From Selaginella moellendorffii (taxonomy: Eukaryota > Plantae > Lycopodiophyta), in assembly GCF_000143415.4 (NCBI RefSeq), contig NW_003314269.1, forward strand, positions 869,246 to 933,245: 64,000 nt of DNA, in the 5' to 3' direction. Both the position numbers and the translations under genes were made by a program. Below the pieces are notes generated by a model. That model was given only the letters and a program-made list of their open reading frames with translations. It did not search any database and had not been told where the DNA came from. Shown in pieces: positions 1 through 11,179 of this stretch; position 1 is the stretch's first letter; every line of letters begins with the position of its first letter.

Positions 1-640
1 TGATTGGTCACACCGAGCTTCGTCTGAGGATGCCGCCCATCGCCTTTGCAACCAGGGGCCGGCTTCACGGCCTACGCTTGCAGCTTGCGCTCCTCGATCG
101 GGAGTTTGACGAACTTGGTTTGTAACTTTGCTTCCGCTCTTCTCTCACCTCGTTCGTTCCAACAGATTACGATGCCTTGCGGGCTCTGGATCCAGATAAT
201 CCTCCCGGCGTGCCGGCGTTGAGCGAGGCAGAGATAAACTCGCTCCCCGTTCACAAGTACAAACCACAAAAGAGGTGACTTCTTTGTTTCTCTGTTTCTT
301 CCTTTCCCATAACATGTTCACGTTGTGTGTTTGAAGCCAACAAGGAAGCTCTCAGCAGCATCAGCCACAGGCATCTTCTGATCCAAACAAGGGATCTCCT
401 TCTTCTTCGTTGGGCGAGAAGCTAGAGGAGCTCACTTGTAGCGTCTGCCTGGAGCAAGTTATGGAAGGGGAGATTGTTAGAACTCTCCCGTGCTTACACC
501 AGGTTCTACTCTAGGCTTGCTTGCCATTTCCATCACTGACGCTTTGACTCTTCCAGTTTCATCCGCATTGCATCGATCAGTGGCTGAGACAGCAGGCCAC
601 TTGCCCGGTTTGCAAATTTAAGATGTCTACAACGAACTAG
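1..640 (+). CDS. SDIR1: RING-H2 E3 ubiquitin ligase, SDIR1-like (3' part; the 5' end lies outside the window)
   Basis: Spliced translation GHTELRLRMPPIAFATRGRLHGLRLQLALLDREFDELDYDALRALD...INSLPVHKYK...CSVCLEQVMEGEIVRTLPCLHQFHPHCIDQWLRQQATCPVCK. GT-AG introns at ~118-165, ~274-336 and 503-556; TAG at 638-640. Confidence 0.9.
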
Positions 641-755
641 ACAAGATCTCGAGAAGAGAAACTTTCGTACATATTACTTTCATTGTGGATATGGACAAGA
701 GTGGAGAACAAAACGAAAACAGCAAAACAGCAAATCAAAGGTAGCGTGTTCTAGC

Positions 756-1484
756 TCATTCTTTGACTTCAGACGGGAGTAGAGGCTTGGTTCCCATCAT
801 ATACAGGCGGCCTGCGTTGTCATCTGTGAGTAAACTAATTCGATTTGCTTTCGATTTGCTCCTTACCGTGTTGCCGGATGGAAATCTCTCGCAAGCGCTT
901 GAAAGTGCCGCTTACCGTGTCCTTGTAGACTCGCGTCTCGATGTTTCCCTCGACGTAGACGTTCATCCTGGGAGAACACACTCGTGAAGAACGAGAAAGA
1001 AAGACAATGTCCTCACCCCTTTTTGATCTGCATGGCAAGGGTGACGAGCGTGGGCTTGAACACGCAGATCCTGTGCCATTGCACGAAGCTACGCTGCGCG
1101 TAAGCTTGGGGGCTCTCTCCCTCGAGCGCTCGTCGGTGGTTCCTCAGGCCTCCAGTTCCCAGAGGAAAGGTGACCACTTCCGCGCCACTGCTGAGAGTTT
1201 TCACAGTGGGTGGCTGCCCGACTTTACCAATCAGAATAGCCTAGCAAGAGAAGAAAAAATGTAAGTTTGATCTAAACGAAAGTTTCGATCGAGCAAGAGC
1301 AATACTAAAGTTTCGATCTACCACGGAGAGACAAAAGTTTCGATCTACCAGGGACAAGCACGGCAGAGAGAAAAGTAGAGCAACGCTAAAGTTTCGATCT
1401 ACCACGGAGAGACAAAAGTTTCGATCTACCAAGAACAAGCACGGCACGGAGAGAGAGATGAAAGTTTCAATCTGCAAGTGCAAC

Positions 1485-1532
<48 letters not shown>

Positions 1533-1898
1533 TGTAGATTCCTGGAGCTATGTCAACGCTGTTTGAAGTAGCAGAGCTTGGCGGGCTCAAGAACTTGTCC
1601 TTGCTACTCATCGTTTCCTCCACGGGCTCCATGCAAAAGGACTTCGCCAAGCCTGGAGAAAGAACTACATGAGAAGAGCGAGGGAAATCGCACCAAACAC
1701 CTTCGGGATGGCACAAGGACCTTGTCAATCCCGCTGCATTGGCGCGCCATCATCGCTAGAACGATCGATTGAGAGGCAAGCACGATTTACAAGGGGCAAA
1801 AGACCCTGAGAACCTGGAGATGGAGCCGGCGATGGCGCCGATAGCCGGGAACGCATCGCTGCTCGCATCGAAGACCTGAGCGCTATCACGGCCATCAT
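756..1898 (-). CDS. Mitochondrial single-stranded DNA-binding protein (mtSSB); N-terminal exon structure uncertain
   Basis: Exons encode PGIYK/AILIGKVGQPP..VVTFPLGTGGLRNHRR..VQWHRICVF/NVYVEGNIETRVYKDTVSGTFKRLREISIRQHG, the plant mtSSB OB-fold pattern. The N-terminus is Arg/Ser-rich and transit-like. TGA at 756-758. Confidence 0.8.
1263..1524. repeat. Intronic tandem repeat (two ~81-bp units built from an AAAGTTTCGATCTA motif) plus (GA)n microsatellite
   Basis: Near-identical blocks at ~1297-1365 and ~1378-1446; (GA)n at 1488-1524. Confidence 0.85.
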
Positions 1899-2113
1899 AA
1901 ACCCTAAACCCTCCAAAGAGAATTTACTGTCTCTCTTCTTCCTCCTCCCTCCTACTTCTTCTTCTGGCCTTCTTCTTCTGGCGCTCCAAATCCAAGCGAG
2001 CGTTTCTGAGCTAGCTCTAGAATTCCAAGCAGCAGCACTAAAGCGCCATAGTGACCTATTAGGGTTTATATTTCTAGGGCTTGGAAGGAGCGGGAGCGGC
2101 TCGGCTCGTCACG
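1899..2113. promoter_or_regulatory. Short bidirectional promoter (mtSSB / PRP19) with telo-box-like motifs
   Basis: About 215 bp separates the divergent starts. AAACCCTAA at ~1899-1908 and TTAGGGTTT at ~2058-2067. Confidence 0.5.
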
Positions 2114-4635
2114 ATGTTCTGCGCCAGTGAGTGAATGCTCCTTCTCTAGCTCCAGCCGTCGTTACGAGCTCGTATTGTGTGTTTTTCTCGCAGTCTCTGG
2201 ATTGACGCCGGAAGAGCCCGTGATTTCCAAGCGCTCTGGGCTTCTTTTCGAGAGGAGGCTGATCGAGAAGCATCTTGCGGTAAGGATTTACTGTGTTAGT
2301 GGCTGTTCCAATCGATGCATTGTGGCTGTGCTTCAGGAAAATGGGACTTGCCCTGTCACTGGAGAGTCCTTGACCGAGGAAGATCTCTTACCCGTGAAGA
2401 CTAACAAGGTTTTTGAGCGCGTCTGGATTTCTTCTTTCTTCTCGTCTTAGAGATTTTATTTGCAGGCCGTGAAGCCGAGGCCCGTTACAGCGACGAGCAT
2501 TCCTGGAATGCTTGGAATGTTTCAGAATGTGAGTTTGTTATAGTTTCAAGCTTGGAAAAATCCTTACCGTTTGGGTGATTTCTACAGGAATGGGATGCGG
2601 TTGTCTTGTCGAACTACCACTTGGAGCAGCAACTTAACAATGCTCGTCAGGAGCTCAGCCATGCCCTCTATCAGGTTCCGCAGCCACAAGTAACTTCATA
2701 GCTCACTGCAAGTTTGTTTGCAGCATGATGCAGCTTGCCGCGTGATTGCCAGGCTGAAAACCGAAAGGGACGATGCGAGAACTCTACTTGCTCAAGCAGA
2801 ACTACAAAGGCCGGCGGCTCTACCAGAGGCCGATGCAGTAACTAGCAACGGCAAACGGGGTAAGCTCTTGCTTTTGTAGTTTTCCTCTCACTAATTACGA
2901 GGGAAACAGAGGCAGAGCTGGAGCAACTGCCACCCGCTAAAACGCTCAAGCAGGGGATCTCTGACGAGATGATAGCAGAACTTACGCAGTGCAATGCTGA
3001 CCTTTCTAGTTTGCGAAAGAAGCGGCAGGTGGGTCTGGGCGTGTCGCGTCTTTTTGTGTGCCTCATTCTAGTCTTTTGATGTGCAGATTCCACCCACATT
3101 GGTGAAAGCCGAAAATCTAGAACAGTATAGCGTGATTTCAAGCCATCCTTTGCACAAGACTAGCAGGCCGGGTATATTATCTATAGATATCCATCATCAG
3201 AAGGTATATGGTTTGCTTATCTTGTCCTTCTTCTGTTTTTAATCCATTGGTGTGATTCTAGGATGTCATTCTAACAGGCGGAAATGACGGCAATGCAATT
3301 GTCTTTGACCGCTCCTCTGGTGAAATCGTTGCATCTCTTGTTGGTCATAGCAAGAAGGTCAGCTCATTTTGGTGCTGCAATTTAGCCATGCTTGATGTTT
3401 TGTGCAGGTGACGAGTGTAAAATTTGTTGCCCGAGATGATCTCGTCTTGACTGCTTCGGCTGATAAGGTACAACAAGCTGCTTTAGCCGTGCATATTTTT
3501 CTTATTGTCACTTTCCTACAGACGGTAAAAATTTGGCAAGGTGGTGAGGAAGGGGCATATAGCTGTAAACAGACGCTTAAGGAACACAGTGCTGAGGTAT
3601 GTTTGCTTTTGTTCTTCATGAAAGCTCTCGGTAAACTTGAACTTCGTTATCAGATTCGGGCGATTACCGTCCATCCAACGAACAGATTTTTTGTAACAGC
3701 ATCAGATGACAAAACATGGGCCTTCTACGACCTCAATTCTGGCACTTGTACAACGCAGGTAAAATTTTAGAATACCTCATGACCGTTTTAACATGCGAGT
3801 TTTTCAGGTTACCGATGCAGCAGTACAAGATGGATATACAGCCGCTTCCTTCCATCCTGATGGCTTAATCCTTGGCACTGGAACTGCGGAATCGTTGGTT
3901 CGCATTTGGGACGTGAAGTCACAGGCAAGCTCTGTTTTTGGAGTCTGTTGTTTCGGGCCTTAACATTTTCTTTGTTCCTTATCCAGAACAACGTTGCCAA
4001 GTTTGAAGGACACTCTGGGCCCGTGACTGAACTATCGTTCTCTGAAAATGGTTACTTCCTGGCTGTGAGTGCTTCCGAGTTATTGTTTTTGGTGCGTTGT
4101 TAAACTCGTACGCCCTGTGCAGACTGCCGCCAGCGATGGCGTGAAGGTTTGGGATCTGCGCAAGTTGAAAAACTTTCGATCGTTTTCTCCATACGATCCT
4201 AGCACACCAACCAGCACTGGTTTGTACTTTGCTTTCCCATGTTGCCTTGCAGATTCTTACGTGCTCGTCTCTCCGCCAGTTCAATTCGATCACAGTGGCT
4301 CCTATCTCGCGCTCGCTGGCTCAGATATAAGGTGACAGTACCATCCATATTCATTTCTCTCGGTAGAACTCAGTCTTACACCGTTTTTCTCGTTGCATCC
4401 AGAGTGTTCCAAACGGGAAGTGTGAAGCAGGAGTGGAATCTTGTGAAGACCTTTCCAGATCTCTCGGGATCAAGTAAGTCCCTTTGTTTTTGTGATTTCG
4501 TGTCTCATGGGCTTTTGTGCTGCAGACAAAGTTACGTGCGTCAGGTTTGGCCCGGACGCCTCCTTCCTTGCGGTTGGAAGCACTGACAGACATCTTCGTA
4601 TACTGGGAGCTCCTGTCACGACTACGGATGCATAG
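2114..4635 (+). CDS. PRP19: Pre-mRNA processing factor 19 (U-box, coiled coil, WD40; MAC3-like)
   Basis: [32 protein letters not shown]-box, [38 protein letters not shown], then WD40 repeats. Many ~55-nt introns; TAG at 4633-4635. Confidence 0.95.
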
Positions 4636-5011
4636 CGTTCTTCTCACTTGCGTTTCCTTTTGTTCCTTCTTTCGGCTCGCACTTGAGCAAGTCGATGCTT
4701 CCTTCTCGTCCTACTGCTTCGGTGAATTTTACAGCAGCTGGACAGATCTGTACTACGCTCAAAAAGATTGTGTTCTTCAGAAGCTTGGGAGTTTTTTCAA
4801 ACGAGTTTACTTGTCTACTGCCATCAAACTTTGCTTGATCGGTCACTGCAATCTTTAGAGTGAAGAGCAATGTACACAAACAATCATAACTCACGTTGCT
4901 TCGACTCCAGTCCATCCATCCAGTGGAGCATTTACATAAGCATAAAGAAAAAGAGCTCTCCTCGAAACTGGATCTCGGGAAAAGGAGAGAGCGAGAGCGA
5001 ACCGCACGGCC

Positions 5012-5788
5012 ATGACATCTCCGACGAGCGCGATCTGCGTCTTCATTCTCTTCCTGTTTCAAGGTGCCGCTTGCTGGACAGATTACTACTACCAGCACCA
5101 CGGACTAGAAGACGATGACGATGATCCAGGTTTGCGGGACTTCCCAGAAGTAGGATTTCCAGCACCACCACCCCCGAGATCCGGATTTCCACCTTACTAC
5201 TTCCCACGTCCACCACCATTCTCACATCCCAGGCCGGGAGGCCCCTACAGTCCTCCAAAACCATATCCAAAGTTCGTCCCACCCTCTCCAAGAGCAAACT
5301 TATCGCCACCTTCGTATCCAGGATTTAGAAGACCACCGCCGCCACCACCACGGAGATCTCCCCCTCCGCCACCGCCTCCACCGCCACCACCACCGCCTAC
5401 TCGTCCGCCACCTCCCAAGCTCAATCCTCCACCACCTCCAACGCCTCCTCCAGCTCCTAAGATCTGTCCTCCACCTCCAAGGTTACCACCACCACCCCCT
5501 AAGATCGCCCCTCCACCTCCAAGGACACCATCGCCACCACCACCGCCTAAGTTCGCCCCTCCACCCCCAAAGAGACCACCGCCACCGCCACCGCCACCAT
5601 TTCCAAAGCCTCGTCCACCACCCCCGAGTGTTCCAATCACTCCAGTGGATCCAGCCCCTGCAACTCCGGCCCAAAAGGCGGGCATAGCCGTCGGCTTCAT
5701 CCTCGCGCTGGCTCTCCTCTGCGCGATGATCTACATCTGCAAGAAAGTCCACAAGTATAGAGACTCTCGTCGCTATTCCGATCAATAG
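5012..5788 (+). CDS. Proline-rich, extensin-like single-pass membrane protein
   Basis: 258-aa single-exon ORF: hydrophobic signal peptide, long poly-Pro/KxxPPPP region, TM helix (AGIAVGFILALALLCAMIYIC) and short basic tail. Confidence 0.8.
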   Translation: MTSPTSAICVFILFLFQGAACWTDYYYQHHGLEDDDDDPGLRDFPEVGFPAPPPPRSGFPPYYFPRPPPFSHPRPGGPYSPPKPYPKFVPPSPRANLSPPSYPGFRRPPPPPPRRSPPPPPPPPPPPPPTRPPPPKLNPPPPPTPPPAPKICPPPPRLPPPPPKIAPPPPRTPSPPPPPKFAPPPPKRPPPPPPPPFPKPRPPPPSVPITPVDPAPATPAQKAGIAVGFILALALLCAMIYICKKVHKYRDSRRYSDQ

Positions 5789-5893
5789 TGTGATCCCCCG
5801 TCCCCTTGTAAATAAAAACTCGTGAAGTGTACCTTGGAAAGCTTGGCGGATTGTCGCTGTAGGAGAACTTATTCCACCATTGCAAAGAATCGA

Positions 5894-7093
5894 TCACGAA
5901 GCGGCCATGGTGTCCATTCCCTGTGTGATTATCTGTTCGGCTCGCTTCTTCCTCTCGTCCTTATCATCCTCGGCGTTTGCAACCGACGACCTCTGCCGCT
6001 TGAGGAGCTGCTGCTGCTGCTGCTGTTGTTGCTTGCTCGCCGCTAGGATCCTCTTCGCAAACACCCCCTTGGAACCCGCTTTGCCACCAAAGTCGAAGCT
6101 CAGCACCACTCTCTGGCTCCGGTTACTCTCCAAAAGCTCGCCTTTCTTTTGCTGTGGCTGCGGCTGTGGCTGTGACTGCTCCACCAGAGCCAATCCATTC
6201 TCATTGCCACCACCACCGTCCTGGATCTCGAGACCACCGTCACCATTACCATTGCTCGCAGACTCCACCACCGACGCAAACGCCTCCACGATCGAAGGCA
6301 CCTGCGGCACCACCCCGGCATTCTCCCCGCCACCTCCGTCCTTGAATCCTCCAAACTGGACCACCATGAGCTCCTTGGCCCCGGGCGCTAGCGGCGGCGC
6401 CAGGAAAGCATTCCCACTCCCACTCCCACTTACATTCTCTTCACTGCCACTGTTCTCCTTCTCCCTGTCTTTGAAAACCATGCTCGCCGTGGACGAGAGC
6501 CGCGAGTGGAGCGCGACGAGAGAGCTCTCGGCCTTTCGGCGCTGCCGAGCTTGCTCCAGGCGATTCGCGGCGGGCTCTCTCTTGCGATCGGGCCACACGG
6601 GCGTGTGGCGGTACGTGTGTGGGTCTGGAAGAGCCGGGAGCCACGACGGTATGTGTGATCCTGGCGGGGCCTCCCCGAGCTGCGCGAAGCTGGGCGCCGC
6701 GAGCCTCTTCTTGGCCACGGGGAATCGCGGCAGCGGCCGCGCGAATGGAATCTCCTCGCTGTACTCCACGAAACGCATCACCTCGCGCAGCGCGGAGCTC
6801 CGGGCGATGGGGCGGGAGGGGTCGGCGGCCGGCGGCGCGGGGCCGACGTCCTCCATGGCCATGATCAAATCGAAGGCGTTGCTCTCGATGCGCGCGGCGA
6901 GGTTGGAGTAGAAGTGCGCGGCGCGGGCGAGGTCGCGGAGGTAGCGGATGGCCACGTCCGCCAGCGTCTCCATGGCCGACGCCTGGATCGAGTGGAAGCC
7001 TACCGATTCGCAGATCTGCGCGACCGCCATCTTGGCCACGATGCGCCCAAACTCGTCCCGGCTGCTGCTGCCGCCGCTGCTGCCACCGCCCAT
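5894..7093 (-). CDS. TAF8: Transcription initiation factor TFIID subunit 8 (bromodomain-associated histone fold)
   Basis: DEFGRIVAKMAVAQICESVGF..ASAMETLADVAIRYLRDLARAAHFYSNLAAR and HIPSWLPALPDPHTYRHTP (TAF8 C motif). Single exon; ATG at 7093. Confidence 0.9.
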   Translation of the reverse strand: MGGGSSGGSSSRDEFGRIVAKMAVAQICESVGFHSIQASAMETLADVAIRYLRDLARAAHFYSNLAARIESNAFDLIMAMEDVGPAPPAADPSRPIARSSALREVMRFVEYSEEIPFARPLPRFPVAKKRLAAPSFAQLGEAPPGSHIPSWLPALPDPHTYRHTPVWPDRKREPAANRLEQARQRRKAESSLVALHSRLSSTASMVFKDREKENSGSEENVSGSGSGNAFLAPPLAPGAKELMVVQFGGFKDGGGGENAGVVPQVPSIVEAFASVVESASNGNGDGGLEIQDGGGGNENGLALVEQSQPQPQPQQKKGELLESNRSQRVVLSFDFGGKAGSKGVFAKRILAASKQQQQQQQQLLKRQRSSVANAEDDKDERKKRAEQIITQGMDTMAAS

Positions 7094-8204
7094 CCCTGCC
7101 CCAGCTCCACAAGCCCTAATTAGGGCTCCTGGCTCTCCACTAACGTTCGTTTCAAATTTAAAAGCGCATGGTGTTACTTTTTTACATTTAAAAAAGTTAC
7201 GTAAAGAGATGAAATTTTGACCTAAGAGGGTTAAGTTAAAGTGACGCAACAGGAATCGAACCCCTAACCAGGCAGTGAGAATTTTTTGCGTGCCATGGTA
7301 TGTGTGTGTCAATAACTACCTTAGCCTATATGTTCTCCTCCACACTCTATTTGTCCAGGATGGATGGATCATGGATGGATAATGGATGATGGATTGGCAT
7401 ATGAAACTATGGATTCATCGCATTCTTCTAGAGCCTCCATATCGCTAGAGTATAGCTAGCTGAGCTCTAGCCCTGGCCCATAGCTTACACAGCCGGCATT
7501 TGGAACACACACACAGCCTTCTTTACTGTGTTCCAAGTACGCTCGTGCCGTACGCAAAATCTCTTCTTCCTTGTCCGGCGGCGATTTAGCCCTCGTCCTT
7601 TGTCACGAGAAGTAGAGGTGAAAAAGAAAAAGAAATGGTAAAAAAAGGTGAGATTTTTTTTTTGTTTTTAATGTGTAGATCGGACATGAACCGCTGGGAT
7701 GTTTGGCAGGGAGAGCGCGTTTTCTCACGGGAGCTTTGCTTGGAGACGCAGGATCCAAAGTACACACTTTGTCTCTTCCACCTTCCAGTCAGTAAGTTAC
7801 AAGGCCCGGTCAGTCTGGGTGTCAAATGCTCGCTCTTTCGCAATCGAGCTTATCAGCAGCTTGCCAAAGCTTGATCTCGATGATCATCACCTTGTCACTT
7901 GTCACGGAATTTAAACGAGCATAATGGATTGACTGCCATGCCATATCATAGAAGTAGTAGAAAAGAATCTAACATCCAAAGAGAAGAAGCTATTGAGAAT
8001 TTACTATAGGTTGGGTTAATTCACTGTATAAACCTTACTTAAACCCCTCTCCAGCCCTAAACAATTCGCAGAATGTGATGGTGGCTTGATTGGATGGGCT
8101 TGATTGGATTGGGTCGATTGGATTGCATTGACTGGATGGATGGAAACTGGATGGATGGAGCGAGGAACAAGAGAGAGAGAGAGAAAAGAAATTCCCATTT
8201 TCGC

Positions 8205-8345
8205 CCAAGCAGGGGCATTGATGCGATTCAATGCCGAGTCGCCACTCCAACGCAAGAATGCCACCATCCACGCCACAAATGCCCGCCCAAGGTCAATGGC
8301 TTTGTAAATGCCTTTGTTCTAAACACCACGATTGCGATGTTCGTC
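8205..8345 (+). pseudogene. Possible PPR gene fragment
   Basis: Frame-disrupted GALM..ATIHA..GFVNAFVLNTTIAMF resembles a PLS-PPR motif. No intact ORF. Confidence 0.3.
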
Positions 8346-8933
8346 TCCCTTCTCTCGCTCTTCTTTGCTTCGTCGGCGGGTCAGCCCAGTGCCAAGAGCG
8401 TGGGGCGCGGAGATGGATTTCTCCTCTTAATCCTCCGAAAGGGACGTTGATACGATAAAACAGCACGCTGCCAGCGTACGGACGTCCCTTGCAGCCCAAG
8501 GAACTAATCAAAATCCGGGGCGAGAAACTCCACAAAGACACAAAAAACCACTTCTTGGATCAAAAGATTGATTTGGATTCTCTCTCTTTTTCTCCTCAAT
8601 CGATCTGGGATGATACGTAACCCGAGAGAGAGAGAGAGAGAGATCTCGCTGTGGCCTAGAAGCTAGATCCATCTGCGTTACAAGTGTGTGTTTGTTAGTG
8701 TAGAGCCTGTGAGCTTAGCTTAGAAGCAGTGAGAGTGCGTCCTCCAGTCCGGTAGTCCTCCAGTGATCTATTCTAGGGAGAAGGAAAGGAGCCTCTTTTT
8801 TAACTGTAAGAATCGCTGCGGATGTTAGCTCGATCTCGAGGAACAGGAAGAACACTAACGAGAAAAGCATAAGAAAACGAAAAAAGAGAAAAATAAGAAA
8901 ACTGACCCGAGCCCGAGCACCTTGAGATTCTCT

Positions 8934-10174
8934 CTAAGATTGTTGATGGCTGGTTTCTGTCCAGTCGGGTGTTGGGCCGCGAGGCCTTTTCCTGCCCAGC
9001 GACACTCCAAACAGCTTTGGACCTCCTCCTCCTGCTCCTCCCAGACCATCGTCTTCCTGATCGTCGTCTCGACGATCGCCAGGACAAGGACGGTGGTGGT
9101 GGCGGTGTTCTTCACTGGCGGCGTGCGCGGCCATCTCCCGGAGCTTCACGTCCACGAACGCGATCGTGGACGCGGTGGGAGTGGTGCTGCAATCCACCAC
9201 CGCCGCCGCCGCCGAGACGCTCGACTCGTCCGTGCAGCCCGAGGACGAGGAATTGTTGTAGCTGGGCTTCTCGTCCTTGGCGGCGAGCGCTGCCACTCGA
9301 TCTCCCGCGGAGGCCACCCTCGCCAAGCCGCTGTCGAGGATCATCGCGTCGGTGGTCGTCATGACCATCCTCTTGGAGCTCGTGAATTCGTAGTACTCTT
9401 TGCTGCTGCGAAGAAACGATCCCGTGCTTCCGAGCTTGCCGTGCTGCTGCTGCTGCTGCTGCTGCTGGATGAAAGTCACGGCGTGCTCGTAGAGCTTCTG
9501 GAGGCGCAGGAGCTCGTTGGTGAGCAGCAAATTCTCGCGGCGGAGCCTCTCGTTGTCCTCGCTCAGCAGCGACGCGGTGTCCATGTAAGGCAGCACCGGC
9601 ATGTACGAGGAGGCCAGGTGATCGTCGCTCCACGCCATGAGCGGCATCCCATTCGAAACCAAGTGCGGCGTCTTCCTCCGGTGGATCTCCGACAGTAGCT
9701 GGCGCTCCCCCTTGCGGAAGAACTCGTTCGCGAATTCCCAGCGATCGGGAACCACCTTGCGGAATCCCTGCACACAGCATTGTTGCAATGTGAGTGAGTT
9801 GCCAGAGAGACTCTTGCAAGGATCGAAGCAAACGCTCGGTGGAAGAACGAGAGAAAGATAGGAAGGCAAAGCGAGCGAACGAACAAACAAGAGCTTGGAA
9901 TGGAACTCACATATGTGTTGAGCTGCCGGACGAAGCTCGAGAAGTTGTTGTGCTTGAAGTAGCTGGGGAGCAAATCGGTGGCGAACTCGGGCGGCTTCCA
10001 CACGACGAATGTGGTGCCATCGCTGCCCCACGACACGATATCGTCCGAGCCGGGATCGTCGACGAGCTGGAACGTCTTGGTCAAGAAGGGCGCCGGCGTG
10101 CTCCTGCTGGATTCCACGGACAGGAGCTCGCTGCTGCCGCAATCCAAAGGCGGCATTTCGGCCGCCTTCCTCAT
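8934..10174 (-). CDS. Class B heat-shock transcription factor (HsfB4-like)
   Basis: [37 protein letters not shown]|GFRKV with the conserved intron at 9768-9910. Short [16 protein letters not shown], repressor motif KLFGV and NLS-like RKRPR. Confidence 0.93.
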
Positions 10175-10412
10175 AGATCTTGCGCGAGACCGAGACCGAG
10201 TCACAACAAGATCGCGAGCTACCTGTGCTCTACAGCAACAAAAATCGGTCCAAGAAAGAAGAAAGAGATCACTCGCTCCCGCGATGTCGTCGGCGTCTCG
10301 ATCGAGAGAGAAAACCCTAGAGCGCTGCGCAGAGGCGTTGGCGCTCTTGGCCGAGGAAATAAAAGCAAGAAGTTCCACAAGAAAATCCTCGAGCCAAAAT
10401 CATGGCAAAGTT

Positions 10413-10413
<1 letters not shown>

Positions 10414-10445
<32 letters not shown>

Positions 10446-10681
10446 TCCACCAGCTGGCCATTCCGGCAGAGAATCCACGACGAATCTCAGCTGTCCAAAC
10501 GCCACATTACGATTCGCCGCCACCATAAAGCCTTTCTTTCCAGCCACTGGCAGTTTAACATAATCGCGATCATCCAACCATAGCCTTGATCTTTGTTCCT
10601 ACAAATTTTTTAATCTCCCCGACCAATGTACAAGACATTTAACATCAATCAATCAGAATGTTCTTCTATTCCCTAGGATCT

Positions 10682-10713
<32 letters not shown>
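10414..10713. repeat. (CA)n and (CT)n(CA)n microsatellites upstream of HsfB
   Basis: Runs at ~10414-10444 and ~10682-10713. Confidence 0.9.
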
Positions 10714-10714
<1 letters not shown>

Positions 10715-11179
10715 ACATACGTATAAACTATTATCTCTATGGCTTGTGGAATATATCATTGTTGAGAGTCGGTTATAAAGTTCCATGTGGTGATCCTTCG
10801 ATCCATCAGTGCTTTGCTTTGTGCTGTTTTCCTTTGATTTTGTACTACTGCCCCCGAAAAGATGGTGGCACCACTACTCGTCAAAGTCCCATTTTCTTTG
10901 ATTAATCCCTCGCAAAAGCCTCTTTGCGCGATTGATTTGAGTGAGCGGCGCACCAAGAACTTCCCTCCGACCGGATCAATCAAGCTTCTTTTTCTCTTTT
11001 TCGCCTTTCGTCCACGCCGCGAGAGAGAGCTCTTCCCTCGCTGCTACCAAAAAAAAGTAAACGGGAATCCTCGGCCTGTCACGGTGACGGGTGTCCAAAA
11101 AAGTTAACTGCTGCTTCTACCTGTTAGACGACGAAGAGAAACCGGAGCCGCAACGTTGATTCGTCGCTTCTGGGAGCTT

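Noticed and set aside
1263-1470. CRISPR-like repeat-spacer pattern
   Set aside because: Eukaryotic intron; the spacers are themselves duplicated; no cas genes.
5245-5700. Gly-rich minus-strand ORF
   Set aside because: Mirror image of the poly-Pro codons of the plus-strand gene.
5880-6911. 343-aa plus-strand ORF and other long ORFs opposite TAF8, HsfB, CYP703, BAHD and WI12
   Set aside because: Antisense or alternate-frame shadows of GC-rich coding sequence, with no recognisable motifs.
7241-7330. Functional tRNA gene
   Set aside because: Only a T-loop/B-box motif; no acceptor or anticodon stems could be formed.
10300-10330. RSRVF match to the conserved HsfB1 uORF peptide
   Set aside because: It arises from a telo-box-like CTAGGGTTTT, has no ATG of its own in that frame, and the rest of the peptide does not match.
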